DNA of 32,000 nt from assembly GCF_014280175.1 (NCBI RefSeq), contig NZ_CP047931.1:60001-92000 (forward strand), read 5' to 3'. This document shows, piece after piece, positions 1-10,292 of the stretch. The notes under the pieces are model-generated. The model searched no databases, was not told where the DNA came from, and saw only the letters and a list, made by a program, of their open reading frames with translations. The first letter of the stretch is position 1; each line of letters begins with the position of its first letter. Position numbers and translations under genes: made by a program. Origin of the DNA: Synechococcus sp. A15-28. Its GTDB lineage: Bacteria > Cyanobacteriota > Cyanobacteriia > PCC-6307 > Cyanobiaceae.

Positions 1-68
1 CAGATCGATGCCGTGATGATTGAACAGGCCGTGCTGACGCGGCACCTGCAGGTGGTCAGCGGCAGACA
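1..68 (-). CDS. possible 5' end of an unidentified CDS running off the left edge
   Basis: ATG (cat at 66-68) 12 nt downstream of the clpX stop on the same strand. The frame stays open to the window edge (MSAADHLQVPRQHGLFNHHGIDL...). No family is recognisable from 23 residues. Confidence 0.25.
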
Positions 69-79
69 TGCGGCAGGCT

Positions 80-1429
80 TCAGGCGGTCTTCTGCTGTTC
101 GTTGCCCGGCAGCGGCAGCACCTTGCCACCGGTGTGCTGCTCCACCATCGCCTGGGTGATGGTGAATTCCTTCACCGTCGTCTGGGAGGGGAGGTCGTAC
201 ATCAGATCCAGCATCAGTTCCTCCACGATCCCCCGCAGGGCGCGGGCGCCGGTCTTGCGCCGGTGGGCCTCCTGGGCGATGGCATGGATGGCTTCCGGTT
301 CGAATTGCAGCTGGACGTTGTCCATGCTCAGCAGGGTGCGGAACTGCTTCACCAGGGCATCGCGGGGCTCGGTGAGGATCGACTCCAGGGCGCTTTCGTC
401 CAGGGGTTCCAGCACGGCACTCACCGGCATCCGGCCGATGAATTCCGGAATCAGGCCGTATTTCACCAGGTCGTCCGGCTGCAGCTGGCGCAGCACCTGG
501 GAGGCCTGCAGCTCGCGGTTGGCCCGGCTGCGGCCTCGACCATCGCTGGGCATGAAGCCGATGGCATTGCGGCCCATGCGTTTCTGCACCACCTCATCGA
601 GGCCGACGAAGGCACCTCCGCAGATGAACAGGATCTGGCTGGTGTCGATCTGGATGCAGTCCTGGTAAGGATGCTTGCGCCCCCCCTGGGGTGGAACGTT
701 GGCGACCGTTCCCTCCAGCATCTTCAGCAGGGCCTGCTGCACCCCTTCGCCGGACACATCCCGGGTGATTGAGGGGTTTTCGCTCTTGCGGGCGATCTTG
801 TCGATTTCATCGATGTAGATGATGCCCCGCTGGGCCTGATCCACATCCATGTCGGCTTTCTGCAGCAGCCGCAGCAGGATGTTTTCCACGTCCTCGCCGA
901 CATAGCCGGCTTCGGTGAGGGTGGTGGCATCAGCCACGGCGAAGGGCACATCCAGCATCTCGGCCAGGGTCTGCGCCAGAAGGGTCTTGCCGCAACCGGT
1001 GGGACCGATCAGAAGGATGTTGCTTTTGTGCAGGCGGGTGGCCGTCTGTTCGGTTTCGCCCTGGCCGTCTCCCTGCCAGGCCAGGCGTTTGTAGTGGTTG
1101 TAGACCGCCACCGACATCACCTTCTTGGCGGCCTCCTGTCCCACCACCTGCTCATCCAGGAAGCTCTTGATCTGCTGAGGCTTGGGGATCGAGGCCAGGG
1201 TCGGCGCGGGCTTGCCGCTCTTCTTGGCCGCTGGTGCTGCCTTGCGGCTGGTGTCGGCGGTCTGCCCCCGGTTGCCCTGGCTGTCCACCAGTTCCTCATC
1301 CAGGATCTCGTTGCAGAGATCGATGCACTCGTCGCAGATGTAAACGCCCGGACCCGCAATCAGCTTGCGCACCTGATCCTGGGATTTGCCACAGAAGGAG
1401 CACTTCAGATGGGCATCGAACTTGGCCAT
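80..1429 (-). CDS. clpX: ATP-dependent Clp protease ATP-binding subunit ClpX
   Basis: 449-aa ORF with an N-terminal C4 zinc-binding motif (CSFCGK...CDEC) and Walker A GPTGCGKT. It resembles ClpX over its full length and lies directly downstream of clpP on the same strand. Confidence 0.97.
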   Translation of the reverse strand: MAKFDAHLKCSFCGKSQDQVRKLIAGPGVYICDECIDLCNEILDEELVDSQGNRGQTADTSRKAAPAAKKSGKPAPTLASIPKPQQIKSFLDEQVVGQEAAKKVMSVAVYNHYKRLAWQGDGQGETEQTATRLHKSNILLIGPTGCGKTLLAQTLAEMLDVPFAVADATTLTEAGYVGEDVENILLRLLQKADMDVDQAQRGIIYIDEIDKIARKSENPSITRDVSGEGVQQALLKMLEGTVANVPPQGGRKHPYQDCIQIDTSQILFICGGAFVGLDEVVQKRMGRNAIGFMPSDGRGRSRANRELQASQVLRQLQPDDLVKYGLIPEFIGRMPVSAVLEPLDESALESILTEPRDALVKQFRTLLSMDNVQLQFEPEAIHAIAQEAHRRKTGARALRGIVEELMLDLMYDLPSQTTVKEFTITQAMVEQHTGGKVLPLPGNEQQKTA

Positions 1430-1510
1430 CGAACGCCGGGCACATCAAGAGAACAGGAAGCGACCGGGCGGTCATCCTGAAACTCAGGATCGGGACGGGA
1501 GGACGGCTTG

Positions 1511-2134
1511 TCAGCCCTCCGTAACGATTCCTTTGTCCCCGGAGCTGTCCACCACCCGATCGATCAGGCCGTATTGAACCGCTTCTGCCGGGGAAAGGAA
1601 GTAGTCGCGGTCTGTGTCTTCAGCGATCTTGTCGAGTGGCTGACCGGTGTGGTCGGCCATCAAGCCGTTGAGGGTTTCCTTGAGGAAGAGAATTTCCTTG
1701 GCCTGGATCTCGATGTCCACTGCCTGTCCCTGGGCTCCGCCGAGGGGTTGGTGGATCATGATCCGGGCATTCGGCAGGGCCAGTCGCTTGCCCTTGCAGC
1801 CACCGGACAGCAGGAAGGCGCCCATGCTCGCGGCCAAGCCGTAGCAAATGGTGACCACGTCGGGGGCCACCTGCTGCATCGTGTCGTAGATGGCCAGGCC
1901 GGCGGTCACCGAGCCTCCCGGTGAGTTGATGTAGATCTGGATGTCCTTTTCCGGGTCCTCGGCTTCAAGGAACAGCATCTGGGCCACCAGGGCATCGGCC
2001 ACGGCGTCATCCACACCGGTGCCGAGAAAGATGATGCGTTCCCGGAGCAGCCGTGAGTAGATGTCGAAGGCGCGGTCGCCACGGCCGGACTGTTCGACCA
2101 CGGTCGGCAAGGGGCCAGGGGAGGAGATGGGCAT
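1511..2134 (-). CDS. clpP: ATP-dependent Clp protease proteolytic subunit ClpP
   Basis: ClpP signatures are present ([38 protein letters not shown]). The track ORF starts at 2185, but the ATG at 2134 (MPISSPG...) gives a typical ~207-aa ClpP. The start is uncertain. Confidence 0.93.
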   Translation of the reverse strand: MPISSPGPLPTVVEQSGRGDRAFDIYSRLLRERIIFLGTGVDDAVADALVAQMLFLEAEDPEKDIQIYINSPGGSVTAGLAIYDTMQQVAPDVVTICYGLAASMGAFLLSGGCKGKRLALPNARIMIHQPLGGAQGQAVDIEIQAKEILFLKETLNGLMADHTGQPLDKIAEDTDRDYFLSPAEAVQYGLIDRVVDSSGDKGIVTEG

Positions 2135-2228
2135 CTCAGCCCGCCAGCGGTTCTGTATCGGGTGGTGGCTGCGGGCGTCGATCACGCGCTTGCTGTCCTG
2201 TTGCGTGGGATCAATCTATGGGCCCTGT

Positions 2229-3569
2229 TCATTCCTTGACGTCCGTCTTGGACTCGGCTTCTTCGGTGAGGCTGCTGTTGGCCTCCAGCCAGTTCATCAG
2301 CTCGTCCTGCATCAGGTCATCCATCACCGCCTGACGCAGGCGTTGAGGGTCGATCTTGGCGTCTGCAGCCAGGTCCTTTTTCACCTCCTCGATCTTGGCG
2401 TCCACGGCGTCGTCCTCGACGGAGATCTCCTCGGCTTCCGCCAGAGCGGTGAGGGCAAAGCTGCGGCGCAGACGCTCCTCGGCTTCGGGCCGTGAGTTCT
2501 GCATCAGGTTGCGAACCAGGTCTGGCGTGAACAGTGATTTCACATCCATGCCCTGTTGGGCGAACTGAGCAGCGGTCTGCTCGAGAAGGTTGCGGCTCTC
2601 CTGCTGGATCAAGGCCTCCGGCAGTTCCACCTCCAATTGCTCCACCAACGCTCCCAGCAGGGCATCGCGGCGGTTGCTGGTCTGGCGCCGTTCAGCGTCA
2701 TCCTTCAGCCGTTGCTCGAGGTCCTTGCGCAGATCGGCAAGGGTCTCCTGCTCGCTGGCCTGCTTGGCGAAGGCGTCATCCAGCTCCGGCAGCTCACGGG
2801 TTTTGAGGTCCTTCAGGTCGATCTCGAAAGCCGCCTTTCGGCCGCGGGCGTCTTCCTTGGGATAGTCATCCGGGAACTGGCAGTCGACGGTTTTGCTCTC
2901 GCCCGCCTTCATTCCGATCACCCCTTCGATGAAGCCGGGGATCATGCGGCCATGCTCCAGGTCCACATCCATCGAGTCGGCACTGCCGCCTTCGATCTCC
3001 GAGCCGTCATCGCTGTAGGTGCCCTTGAATCCGAGCAACGCGATGTCGCCTTGTTCTGCAGCGCGACCCTCCACGGGCACCACCGTGGCCAGCTGTTTGC
3101 GGGAGTCCTCCAGCATCTCGTCCACCTTGGCGGGGTCGTAGGACACCGGTTCAAAGCTGGCCTTCAGCCCCTTTGTGCTCTTCAGCTTTGGTGTGGGGGC
3201 AACGTCCGCCTCGAGGGTGATGGTGACGCTTTCGCCAGGGGTGAAGGCGTCCAGCAGCCCTTCGAAGCCCCCGCTCAGTTCCGGCTGGCTGATCGGTTCC
3301 AGGGATTCCTGCTGAATGGCATCCCTCCAGGCCCCATCCACCATGGTTTCAAGGGCTGATGCCTTGATTCGCACAGCACCGAGCTGCTGAATCACCACCG
3401 TCCGCGGCACCTTGCCCTTGCGGAATCCCGGCAGGTTGATGCTGCGGCTGAGGCTGGTGATCGCCTCCTCGTAGCTGGCCTTGGTGCGCTCAGCCGGGAC
3501 CGTCACGGTCACCGCCAGACGGCTGCCGGGGCGGCTTTCAGTGGTCACCTTCAAGGCGGCAGCGCTCAT
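2229..3569 (-). CDS. tig: trigger factor
   Basis: N-terminal ribosome-binding signature GFRKGKVP, a central FKBP-like region, and an acidic C-terminal chaperone arm. The ATG at 3569 ([11 protein letters not shown]...) is preferred over the track start at 3599. The clpP-clpX neighbourhood is typical. Confidence 0.93.
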   Translation of the reverse strand: MSAAALKVTTESRPGSRLAVTVTVPAERTKASYEEAITSLSRSINLPGFRKGKVPRTVVIQQLGAVRIKASALETMVDGAWRDAIQQESLEPISQPELSGGFEGLLDAFTPGESVTITLEADVAPTPKLKSTKGLKASFEPVSYDPAKVDEMLEDSRKQLATVVPVEGRAAEQGDIALLGFKGTYSDDGSEIEGGSADSMDVDLEHGRMIPGFIEGVIGMKAGESKTVDCQFPDDYPKEDARGRKAAFEIDLKDLKTRELPELDDAFAKQASEQETLADLRKDLEQRLKDDAERRQTSNRRDALLGALVEQLEVELPEALIQQESRNLLEQTAAQFAQQGMDVKSLFTPDLVRNLMQNSRPEAEERLRRSFALTALAEAEEISVEDDAVDAKIEEVKKDLAADAKIDPQRLRQAVMDDLMQDELMNWLEANSSLTEEAESKTDVKE

Positions 3570-3697
3570 GGCGGAATTCAAAAACAACAGGCCAGCCAAA
3601 CAGTTTAAGAAACGGTTGGCGATTCACCCTCCCCGGTAGGGTGTCATCACGGTTCCGATGTGAACGTCACGTTCTCCACGGGTGACGCACAGTCCAG

Positions 3698-4756
3698 TTG
3701 AGCCGACAGCCTGCTGTCCCGTTCACCCCCCGCTTGTCCTCGTCCTTTCCAGCCCGTCCCCTCAACGTTGCTGTTCTTGGTGCCAGTGGCGCCGTCGGTC
3801 AGGAGTTACTGCTTCTGTTGCAAGAACGCAACTTTCCGGTTGCTGAATTGAAGCTGCTGTCCTCGGCGCGCTCCGCCGGGACCACTCAGCAGTGGAATGG
3901 CCGAACCATCACTCTTGAAGAGGTGAGCGCTGCAGCGTTCAACGGGGTGGATCTGGTGCTGGCCTCCGCCGGTGGTTCCGTCTCTCGGCAGTGGCGTGAT
4001 GCCATCACCGCCGCAGGTGCAGTGATGGTGGACAACTCCAGTGCTTTCCGCATGGAGAAGGGTGTTCCCCTCGTGGTGCCGGAGGTCAATCCCGACGCAG
4101 CCTTCGCCCACAACGGGGTGATCGCTAACCCCAACTGCACCACGATTCTGCTCACGCTTGCTTTGGCTCCTCTTGCAGCCAAACGCGCCATGCGCCGGGT
4201 GGTGGTGAGCACCTATCAGTCCGCCAGCGGGGCTGGTGCCCGGGCGATGGAAGAGCTCAAAACCCTTTCTCAGACCGTGCTTGATGGCGGCATCCCCAAG
4301 GGTGAGGTGCTGCCTTACTCCCTGGCCTTCAATCTCTTCCTCCACAACTCTCCTCTGCAGGAGAACAGCTACTGCGAGGAGGAGATGAAGATGGTGAACG
4401 AGACCCGCAAGATCATGGGTCTGCCGGACCTGCGCTTCACCGCCACCTGTGTGCGGGTGCCGGTGCTGCGGGCCCATTCCGAGGCCGTCAACATTGAATT
4501 CGAGCAGCCGTTCCCTGTTGATGAGGCCCGTGCTCTGCTCCGCGCAGCTCCTGGGGTTGAGTTGATCGAGGATCCCGCCACCAACCGCTTTCCCATGCCC
4601 ACCGATGTCACGGGACGCGACCCCGTCGCGATCGGTCGCATCCGTCAGGACATCAGCGATCCGAACGCTCTGGAGCTGTGGCTCTGCGGTGATCAGATCC
4701 GCAAAGGGGCGGCCCTCAATGCCGTTCAGATCGCTGAACTGCTGCTGCCGTCATGA
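3698..4756 (+). CDS. asd: aspartate-semialdehyde dehydrogenase
   Basis: Rossmann motif [13 protein letters not shown] and active-site NPNCTTI. It starts at a TTG with no in-frame ATG nearby, so the exact start is uncertain. The stop overlaps the dapA start (ATGA at 4753-4756). Confidence 0.93.
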   Translation: MSRQPAVPFTPRLSSSFPARPLNVAVLGASGAVGQELLLLLQERNFPVAELKLLSSARSAGTTQQWNGRTITLEEVSAAAFNGVDLVLASAGGSVSRQWRDAITAAGAVMVDNSSAFRMEKGVPLVVPEVNPDAAFAHNGVIANPNCTTILLTLALAPLAAKRAMRRVVVSTYQSASGAGARAMEELKTLSQTVLDGGIPKGEVLPYSLAFNLFLHNSPLQENSYCEEEMKMVNETRKIMGLPDLRFTATCVRVPVLRAHSEAVNIEFEQPFPVDEARALLRAAPGVELIEDPATNRFPMPTDVTGRDPVAIGRIRQDISDPNALELWLCGDQIRKGAALNAVQIAELLLPS

Positions 4757-5661
4757 CCTCTCCCGCCGCGCTTTCCCCCACCCCGTTCGGCCGTGTGGTC
4801 ACGGCGATGGTCACCCCGTTTGATGCATCCGGGGCGGTGGATCTCCCCCTGGCCGGACGGCTCGCCCGTCATCTGGTGGACCAGGGTTCCGATGGCCTGG
4901 TGGTGAGCGGCACCACTGGTGAATCCCCCACCCTGAGCTGGCAGGAGCAGCTGCAGTTGCTGCAGGCCGTGCGCGAGGCGGTGGGTGCTGATGCCCAGGT
5001 GCTGGCCGGCACCGGCAGCAACTGCACCGCTGAGGCGGTGGAGGCCACCCGAGAAGCGGCCGCCGCCGGTGCCGATGGCGCTTTGGTGGTGGTGCCGTAC
5101 TACAACAAGCCGCCTCAGGACGGCCTGGCCGCTCATTTCCGCGCCATCGCCGAGGCCGCTCCTGAGCTGCCGTTGATGCTCTACAACATCCCAGGCCGTA
5201 CGGGCTGCAGCATGGCACCGGAAACGGTGGCGCAGCTGATGGACTGCCCCAACATCGTCAGTTTCAAGGCCGCCAGCGGCACCACCGAGGAGGTGACGGC
5301 CCTGCGCATGGCCTGCGGCTCGAAGCTGGCCATCTACAGCGGTGATGACGGCCTCACCCTGCCGATGATGTCCGTCGGTGCCGTGGGCGTGGTGAGTGTG
5401 GCCAGTCATGTGGTTGGCCTCCAGATCCGCGCCATGATTGATGCCTACCTGCAGGGCGACGCTGCCGTTGCCCTCGCCCTACACGAGCAGATGCAGCCCT
5501 TGTTCAAGGCTCTGTTCGCCACCACCAATCCGATTCCGGTCAAAGCCGCGCTTCAACTCAACGGCTGGCCCGTCGGCGCTCCACGACTACCTCTCACCCC
5601 TTTGTCAGACGAAATGACATCAACCCTTGCTCAAACCATGGCTGCCCTTCGTCAGACCTGA
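4753..5661 (+). CDS. dapA: 4-hydroxy-tetrahydrodipicolinate synthase
   Basis: DapA motifs [10 protein letters not shown] and YNIPGRTG, plus the Schiff-base lysine context FKAASG. Translationally coupled to asd. Confidence 0.95.
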   Translation: MTSPAALSPTPFGRVVTAMVTPFDASGAVDLPLAGRLARHLVDQGSDGLVVSGTTGESPTLSWQEQLQLLQAVREAVGADAQVLAGTGSNCTAEAVEATREAAAAGADGALVVVPYYNKPPQDGLAAHFRAIAEAAPELPLMLYNIPGRTGCSMAPETVAQLMDCPNIVSFKAASGTTEEVTALRMACGSKLAIYSGDDGLTLPMMSVGAVGVVSVASHVVGLQIRAMIDAYLQGDAAVALALHEQMQPLFKALFATTNPIPVKAALQLNGWPVGAPRLPLTPLSDEMTSTLAQTMAALRQT

Positions 5662-5710
5662 CGGTCCGGCTTAACGGCTTACGCAAACAGCTTTTCAACA
5701 ATTTTTCTTC

Positions 5711-7711
5711 ATGGCTAACAACGCACGATCCGCCAAGGAACAGGAGCCTTGTCTCCGGGTGATTCCCCTGGGGGGATTGCATGAAATCGGTAAGAACACC
5801 TGTGTGTTCGAGTACGGCGACGATCTGATGCTGGTGGATGCCGGTCTGGCGTTTCCAAGCGATGGCATGCACGGCGTGAATGTGGTCCTGCCGGACACCA
5901 GTTTTCTGCGGGAGAACCAAAAACGCATCCGCGGCATGATCGTGACCCACGGTCATGAAGATCACATCGGTGGCATCTCCCACCACCTCAAGCACTTCAA
6001 CATCCCGGTGATCTACGGGCCCCGTCTGGCCCTGTCGATGCTCACCGGAAAGATGGACGAGGCCGGCGTCAGCGACCGCACCACGCTCCAGACCGTCAGT
6101 CCTCGCGACGTGGTGAAGGTGGGTCAGCACTTCTCGGTGGAGTTCATCCGCAACACCCACTCGATGGCGGACAGCTACTCGCTGGCCATCAAGACTCCGG
6201 TGGGAACAATCATTTTCACCGGTGATTTCAAGTTCGATCACACCCCGGTCGACGGCGAGCATTTCGACATGGCCCGGCTGGCCCACCACGGTGAAGAGGG
6301 TGTGCTGTGTCTGTTCAGTGACTCCACCAACGCTGAAGTGCCTGGCTTCTGCCCCCCTGAGCGTTCGGTGTTCCCCAATCTCGATCGCCACATGGCGTCT
6401 GCCGAGGGCCGGGTGATCATCACCACCTTCGCCAGCTCGATCCATCGGGTGTCGATGATCCTGGAACTGGCCCTGAAGAACGGCCGCAAGGTAGGCCTGC
6501 TGGGCCGCTCGATGCTCAATGTGATCGCCAAGGCCCGCGAGCTGGGTTACATGCGTGCGCCGGACGAACTGTTCGTGCCGATCAAGCAGATTAACGATGT
6601 TCCCGATCGTGAAACCCTGCTGCTGATGACCGGCAGCCAGGGAGAGCCCCTAGCGGCGTTGAGTCGGATCTCCCGCGGCGAGCATCCTCAGGTGCGGGTG
6701 AAGACCACCGACACGATCATCTTCTCGGCCAGCCCGATCCCCGGGAACACCATTTCCGTGGTCAACACCATCGACAAGTTGATGATGTTGGGCGCCAAGG
6801 TGGTCTATGGCAAAGGCGAAGGCATTCACGTCTCCGGCCATGGCTTCCAGGAGGACCAAAAGCTGATGCTGGCCCTCACCAAGCCCAAGTTCTTTGTGCC
6901 GGTGCACGGTGAGCACCGCATGCTGGTGCAGCACTCCAAGACCGGTCACGCCATGGGTGTGCCGGAGAACAACACCCTGATCATCGACAACGGTGATGTG
7001 GTGGAGCTGACGCCGGATTCGATTCGTAAGGGGGATCCGGTGAAGGCCGGCATCGAGCTGCTGGATCAATCCCGCAATGGCATTGTTGATGCTCGTGTGC
7101 TCAAGGAGCGTCAGCAGCTGGCGGAAGACGGTGTGGTGACGATCCTGTCGGCCATCAGCACCGATGGCGCGATGGTGGCGCCGCCAAGGGTGAACCTGCG
7201 CGGGGTGGTGACCACCGCCGATGCCCGCAAGATGTCGCTCTGGACCGAGCGCGAGATCACCTGGGTGCTGGAGAACAAATGGAAGCAGCTCTGTCGCCAC
7301 ACCGGAGGCAAGGCGCCGGAGGTGGATTGGATGGGTGTGCAGCGTGAGGTGGAAGTGGGCCTCGGCCGTCGTATGCGACGTGAGCTGCAGGTGGAGCCGT
7401 TGATCCTCTGCCTGGTGCAGCCCGCTCCCGGTGGCACACCTGTTTACAAGGGTCGCGCCGATGCCGAACCCGACGATCGTCCGGCTCCCCGTGGTCGCCG
7501 TGGTGGCGGCGGACCCGGTCGCAGCAACAATGGTCAAGGGCGCAATACACCCGCCCCCGTGCGCACCAATACCGCTCCGGCACCAGCACCGGCAGCGGCA
7601 ACGGCTGTGGTGGAGAAGCCCGACGCCCAGAAAGCTGTCGCATCCAAGCCGGAGCCGGAGCCGGAGATGCCGGCCGGTCGTACCCGCCGTCGCCGCTCTG
7701 CGGCGGCCTGA
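5711..7711 (+). CDS. rnj: ribonuclease J (metallo-beta-lactamase/beta-CASP family) with a ~96-aa Pro/Ala/Arg-rich C-terminal tail
   Basis: HGHEDHIGG (HxHxDH) motif, beta-CASP region and an RNase J-type C-terminal domain. The low-complexity tail runs 7421-7708 and ends GRTRRRRSAAA. Confidence 0.92.
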   Translation: MANNARSAKEQEPCLRVIPLGGLHEIGKNTCVFEYGDDLMLVDAGLAFPSDGMHGVNVVLPDTSFLRENQKRIRGMIVTHGHEDHIGGISHHLKHFNIPVIYGPRLALSMLTGKMDEAGVSDRTTLQTVSPRDVVKVGQHFSVEFIRNTHSMADSYSLAIKTPVGTIIFTGDFKFDHTPVDGEHFDMARLAHHGEEGVLCLFSDSTNAEVPGFCPPERSVFPNLDRHMASAEGRVIITTFASSIHRVSMILELALKNGRKVGLLGRSMLNVIAKARELGYMRAPDELFVPIKQINDVPDRETLLLMTGSQGEPLAALSRISRGEHPQVRVKTTDTIIFSASPIPGNTISVVNTIDKLMMLGAKVVYGKGEGIHVSGHGFQEDQKLMLALTKPKFFVPVHGEHRMLVQHSKTGHAMGVPENNTLIIDNGDVVELTPDSIRKGDPVKAGIELLDQSRNGIVDARVLKERQQLAEDGVVTILSAISTDGAMVAPPRVNLRGVVTTADARKMSLWTEREITWVLENKWKQLCRHTGGKAPEVDWMGVQREVEVGLGRRMRRELQVEPLILCLVQPAPGGTPVYKGRADAEPDDRPAPRGRRGGGGPGRSNNGQGRNTPAPVRTNTAPAPAPAAATAVVEKPDAQKAVASKPEPEPEMPAGRTRRRRSAAA

Positions 7712-8407
7712 TCAGCCCCGCCCGATCAGGGCCAGCAGCTGTTGAATCCATGACGAACGGGGAGGGTCGCTGTTGACCGTCCCCGCTTTGACCTCGCCGA
7801 GATTGATCTTGACCCGCAGCAGACTGCCGGCGAGTACCTCTCGGGGATCCTCCTCAGCGAAGTCGGGTTCAGCCTCGTCGTTGTCGGGTTCAGCGGTGGG
7901 TTCCAGGTTTGGTTCCGGCAGCAGTTCCGCGTCGAGGATGGGAATCTCTGTCGGCGCGGGCGAGGGTTCGGGATTGGTCGGCTCCAGCCAGGGCATGGCT
8001 GTCGCTTTGGACCCGGCCTGTTGATCCGTCAGAAACGGATCCCGCAGCATCTCCGGCAGTGGTTGCCGAGATCGGATCGGTTGGGCTGGTGCCGTGTTGC
8101 TTTGACGGCTGCGTTCAAGCCCCTGCTGTGCCAGTTCCGCCAGGGTGTCCTGCGGTTGGCTGGCCAGCACCTGTTCGTAATAACCAGCCGCTTGACTGGG
8201 ATTGTCGTGGCCATAGAGCTCGATGTGGCCGAGCAACAGCGCCACAAAGGCGCGCCAGCCGAGCACGGCGGCCTGGGCGTCCAAATCCTGGGGTTGGTCC
8301 ACCAGTTGGTCCAGCAGATTGCTGGCCAGGCGCTGGGCTTCGGTGTAGTCGCCCTCGCTGTAGGCCCGTTCGGCGTCCTGATACTGCTGCTGGAAATCGC
8401 CGTCCAC
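7712..8407 (-). CDS. conserved hypothetical protein: TPR-like helical N-terminal half, acidic Pro/Glu-rich C-terminal half
   Basis: Coding-looking ORF with helical-repeat-like segments (AERAYSEGDYTEAQRLASNLL, AAGYYEQVLASQP) and a PEP-rich low-complexity stretch. The track start at 8536 would overlap the lysC 3' end by 95 nt, so I use the GTG at 8407 (VDGDFQQQ...). The start is uncertain. Confidence 0.55.
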   Translation of the reverse strand: MDGDFQQQYQDAERAYSEGDYTEAQRLASNLLDQLVDQPQDLDAQAAVLGWRAFVALLLGHIELYGHDNPSQAAGYYEQVLASQPQDTLAELAQQGLERSRQSNTAPAQPIRSRQPLPEMLRDPFLTDQQAGSKATAMPWLEPTNPEPSPAPTEIPILDAELLPEPNLEPTAEPDNDEAEPDFAEEDPREVLAGSLLRVKINLGEVKAGTVNSDPPRSSWIQQLLALIGRG

Positions 8408-8441
8408 GCGTTGGGAGCCGTTCTCCCACTTGTATCGCCTG

Positions 8442-10244
8442 TCAGCTGTCGAGGGGTGAGGCGCTGCCCTGGGCGGTGTGCTGCTCCTGACCCCCCAGGC
8501 CGAAGCCGGTGTGCACGGCCTGCAGGGCTGCCACACCGTCCTTCTCGGTCACCACGCAACTGGTGCGGATCTCGCTGGTGGCGATCAGGGCGATGTTGAT
8601 GCCGGCATCGGCCAGGGCACGGAACATCCGACCTGCCGTCCCTGGCGTGGCTGGCATGCCGGCGCCGACGGCGCTCACCCGGGCGATGGCCTCCCCTTCC
8701 TCCAGGGCCGCGCCGGGCCACTGGGCCAGCAGTGGGGCTAGGGCCACATCAGCGCGGCTGCGGTCCTCCTTGCGCAGAATGAAACTGATGTCCCGCGAAC
8801 CGTCCCCGTGCTGACGCTCGGACTGGACGATGGCATCCAGGCTGATGCCACGTTCAGCCAGGGCTGAACAGAGGGCCGCTGCGGTGCCGGGGCGGTCCGG
8901 GACGTGGCGCACGGACAGTTGGGCCTGGTCGCGATCGAGGGCAACACCGCGCACTTCCGGTTCGTCGCTGCAGCACAGATCGGGGTTGAGCTCCACCTGG
9001 GCATCGTCCACATCAAAGGCCTCCTGCACCGCCTGCAGGGCCTTGCGGCCGGAATCGGCATCGATCACACAGCTCACCTTCACTTCGCTGGTGGCGATCA
9101 GGCGCAGGTTGATGCCCTGCTGCGACAGGCAGTGGAACAGGCCGGCGGCGATGCCCGGACGCCCCATGATCCCGGCACCACTGATGCTCAGCTTGGTCAT
9201 GCCGCCCTCGGCGGCCAGTTCGCCACCCAGGCTGTCCAGCACGGTCTGACTGACGCGACGGGCGGCGTCCAGATCCGCCTCCGCCGCGGTGAAGGTGATG
9301 TCGTTGCTGCTGCCCTCGTGGGTGGACTGAATGATCAGATCCACGTTGATGCCCGCACCCGAGAGGGTTTCGAACAGGCGGGCGGCAATGCCGGGCTGAT
9401 CCGGGATGTGCGACAGCGCGATCACCGCCTGGTGTTCCATTTGCTCCACGCCGTCCACCGGGCTGCCCAGCTCCAGCCCGGCCCGGTTCAGGCTGCGGCC
9501 GCGGCGGCTGGTGAGACGGGTGCCGGGGGCCTCGCTCCAGCTGGAGCGCACCACCATGAGCACGCCGTAGTTGCGAGCGATTTCCACCGCCCGTGGATGC
9601 AGCACCGAGGCACCGAGGCTGGCCAGCTCGAGCATTTCATCGCAGCTGATTTCATCCATCACTTGCGCATCGGCCACCTTGCGTGGGTCGGTGCTCAGCA
9701 CCCCAGGCACATCGGTGTAGATCTCACAGGCATCGGCGTTCAACGCGGCCGCCAGAGCCACGGCGGAGGTGTCCGAGCCGCCGCGACCGAGGGTGGTGAT
9801 TTCGGCCACACCGCCCACACCACTGCTGGTGCCCTGGAAGCCGGCCACCACCACCACCCGGCCCTCAGCCAGATGGCCGCGGACGCGGTCGGTGCGGATT
9901 TCGAGGATGCGGGCCCGTCCATGGGTTGATTCGGTGACGATGCCCACCTGGGGGCCCGTCATCGAGACGGCCGCAATCCCAAGTTGGTTCAGGGCCATGG
10001 CCAGCAGGGCAATGGACACTTGCTCACCGCTGGCCAGGAGCATGTCCATCTCTCGCTGTGGAGGGGTGTTGGTGATGGCGGCAGCCAGTCCGGTGAGTTC
10101 ATCGGTGGTGTGGCCCATGGCCGAGACCACCACCACCACGTCATGACCATCCTCACGGCTGCGGCTGATCCGCTGGGCCACCGCCTGGATGCGTTCGACA
10201 CTGCCGACGGAGGTGCCGCCGAACTTCTGCACCAGGAGGGCCAT
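8442..10244 (-). CDS. lysC: aspartate kinase, cyanobacterial long form with duplicated ACT-domain regulatory region
   Basis: N-terminal LVQKFGGTSVG kinase motif. The ~600-aa length includes two successive ACT-pair regions (internal duplication visible: ...ISGAGIMGRPGIAAGLF... and ...VSAVGAGMPATPGTAGRMF...). The ATG at 10244 is preferred over 10277. Confidence 0.93.
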   Translation of the reverse strand: MALLVQKFGGTSVGSVERIQAVAQRISRSREDGHDVVVVVSAMGHTTDELTGLAAAITNTPPQREMDMLLASGEQVSIALLAMALNQLGIAAVSMTGPQVGIVTESTHGRARILEIRTDRVRGHLAEGRVVVVAGFQGTSSGVGGVAEITTLGRGGSDTSAVALAAALNADACEIYTDVPGVLSTDPRKVADAQVMDEISCDEMLELASLGASVLHPRAVEIARNYGVLMVVRSSWSEAPGTRLTSRRGRSLNRAGLELGSPVDGVEQMEHQAVIALSHIPDQPGIAARLFETLSGAGINVDLIIQSTHEGSSNDITFTAAEADLDAARRVSQTVLDSLGGELAAEGGMTKLSISGAGIMGRPGIAAGLFHCLSQQGINLRLIATSEVKVSCVIDADSGRKALQAVQEAFDVDDAQVELNPDLCCSDEPEVRGVALDRDQAQLSVRHVPDRPGTAAALCSALAERGISLDAIVQSERQHGDGSRDISFILRKEDRSRADVALAPLLAQWPGAALEEGEAIARVSAVGAGMPATPGTAGRMFRALADAGINIALIATSEIRTSCVVTEKDGVAALQAVHTGFGLGGQEQHTAQGSASPLDS

Positions 10245-10292
10245 GGGCCGCGCTTCAGCAACGCTGGATTTTCTCACCCGAAGGCCTTGGGC

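Noticed and set aside
2135-2185. Upstream-extended start codons offered by the track: clpP 2185, tig 3599, lysC 10277, holA 11468, hypothetical 8536, GNAT 18573, sulfotransferase 14515, GT4 31432.
   Set aside because: The extensions add non-conserved-looking residues, overlap neighbouring genes or eliminate promoter space. Internal ATG or GTG starts give canonical N-termini ([33 protein letters not shown], and so on). They are still unverified.
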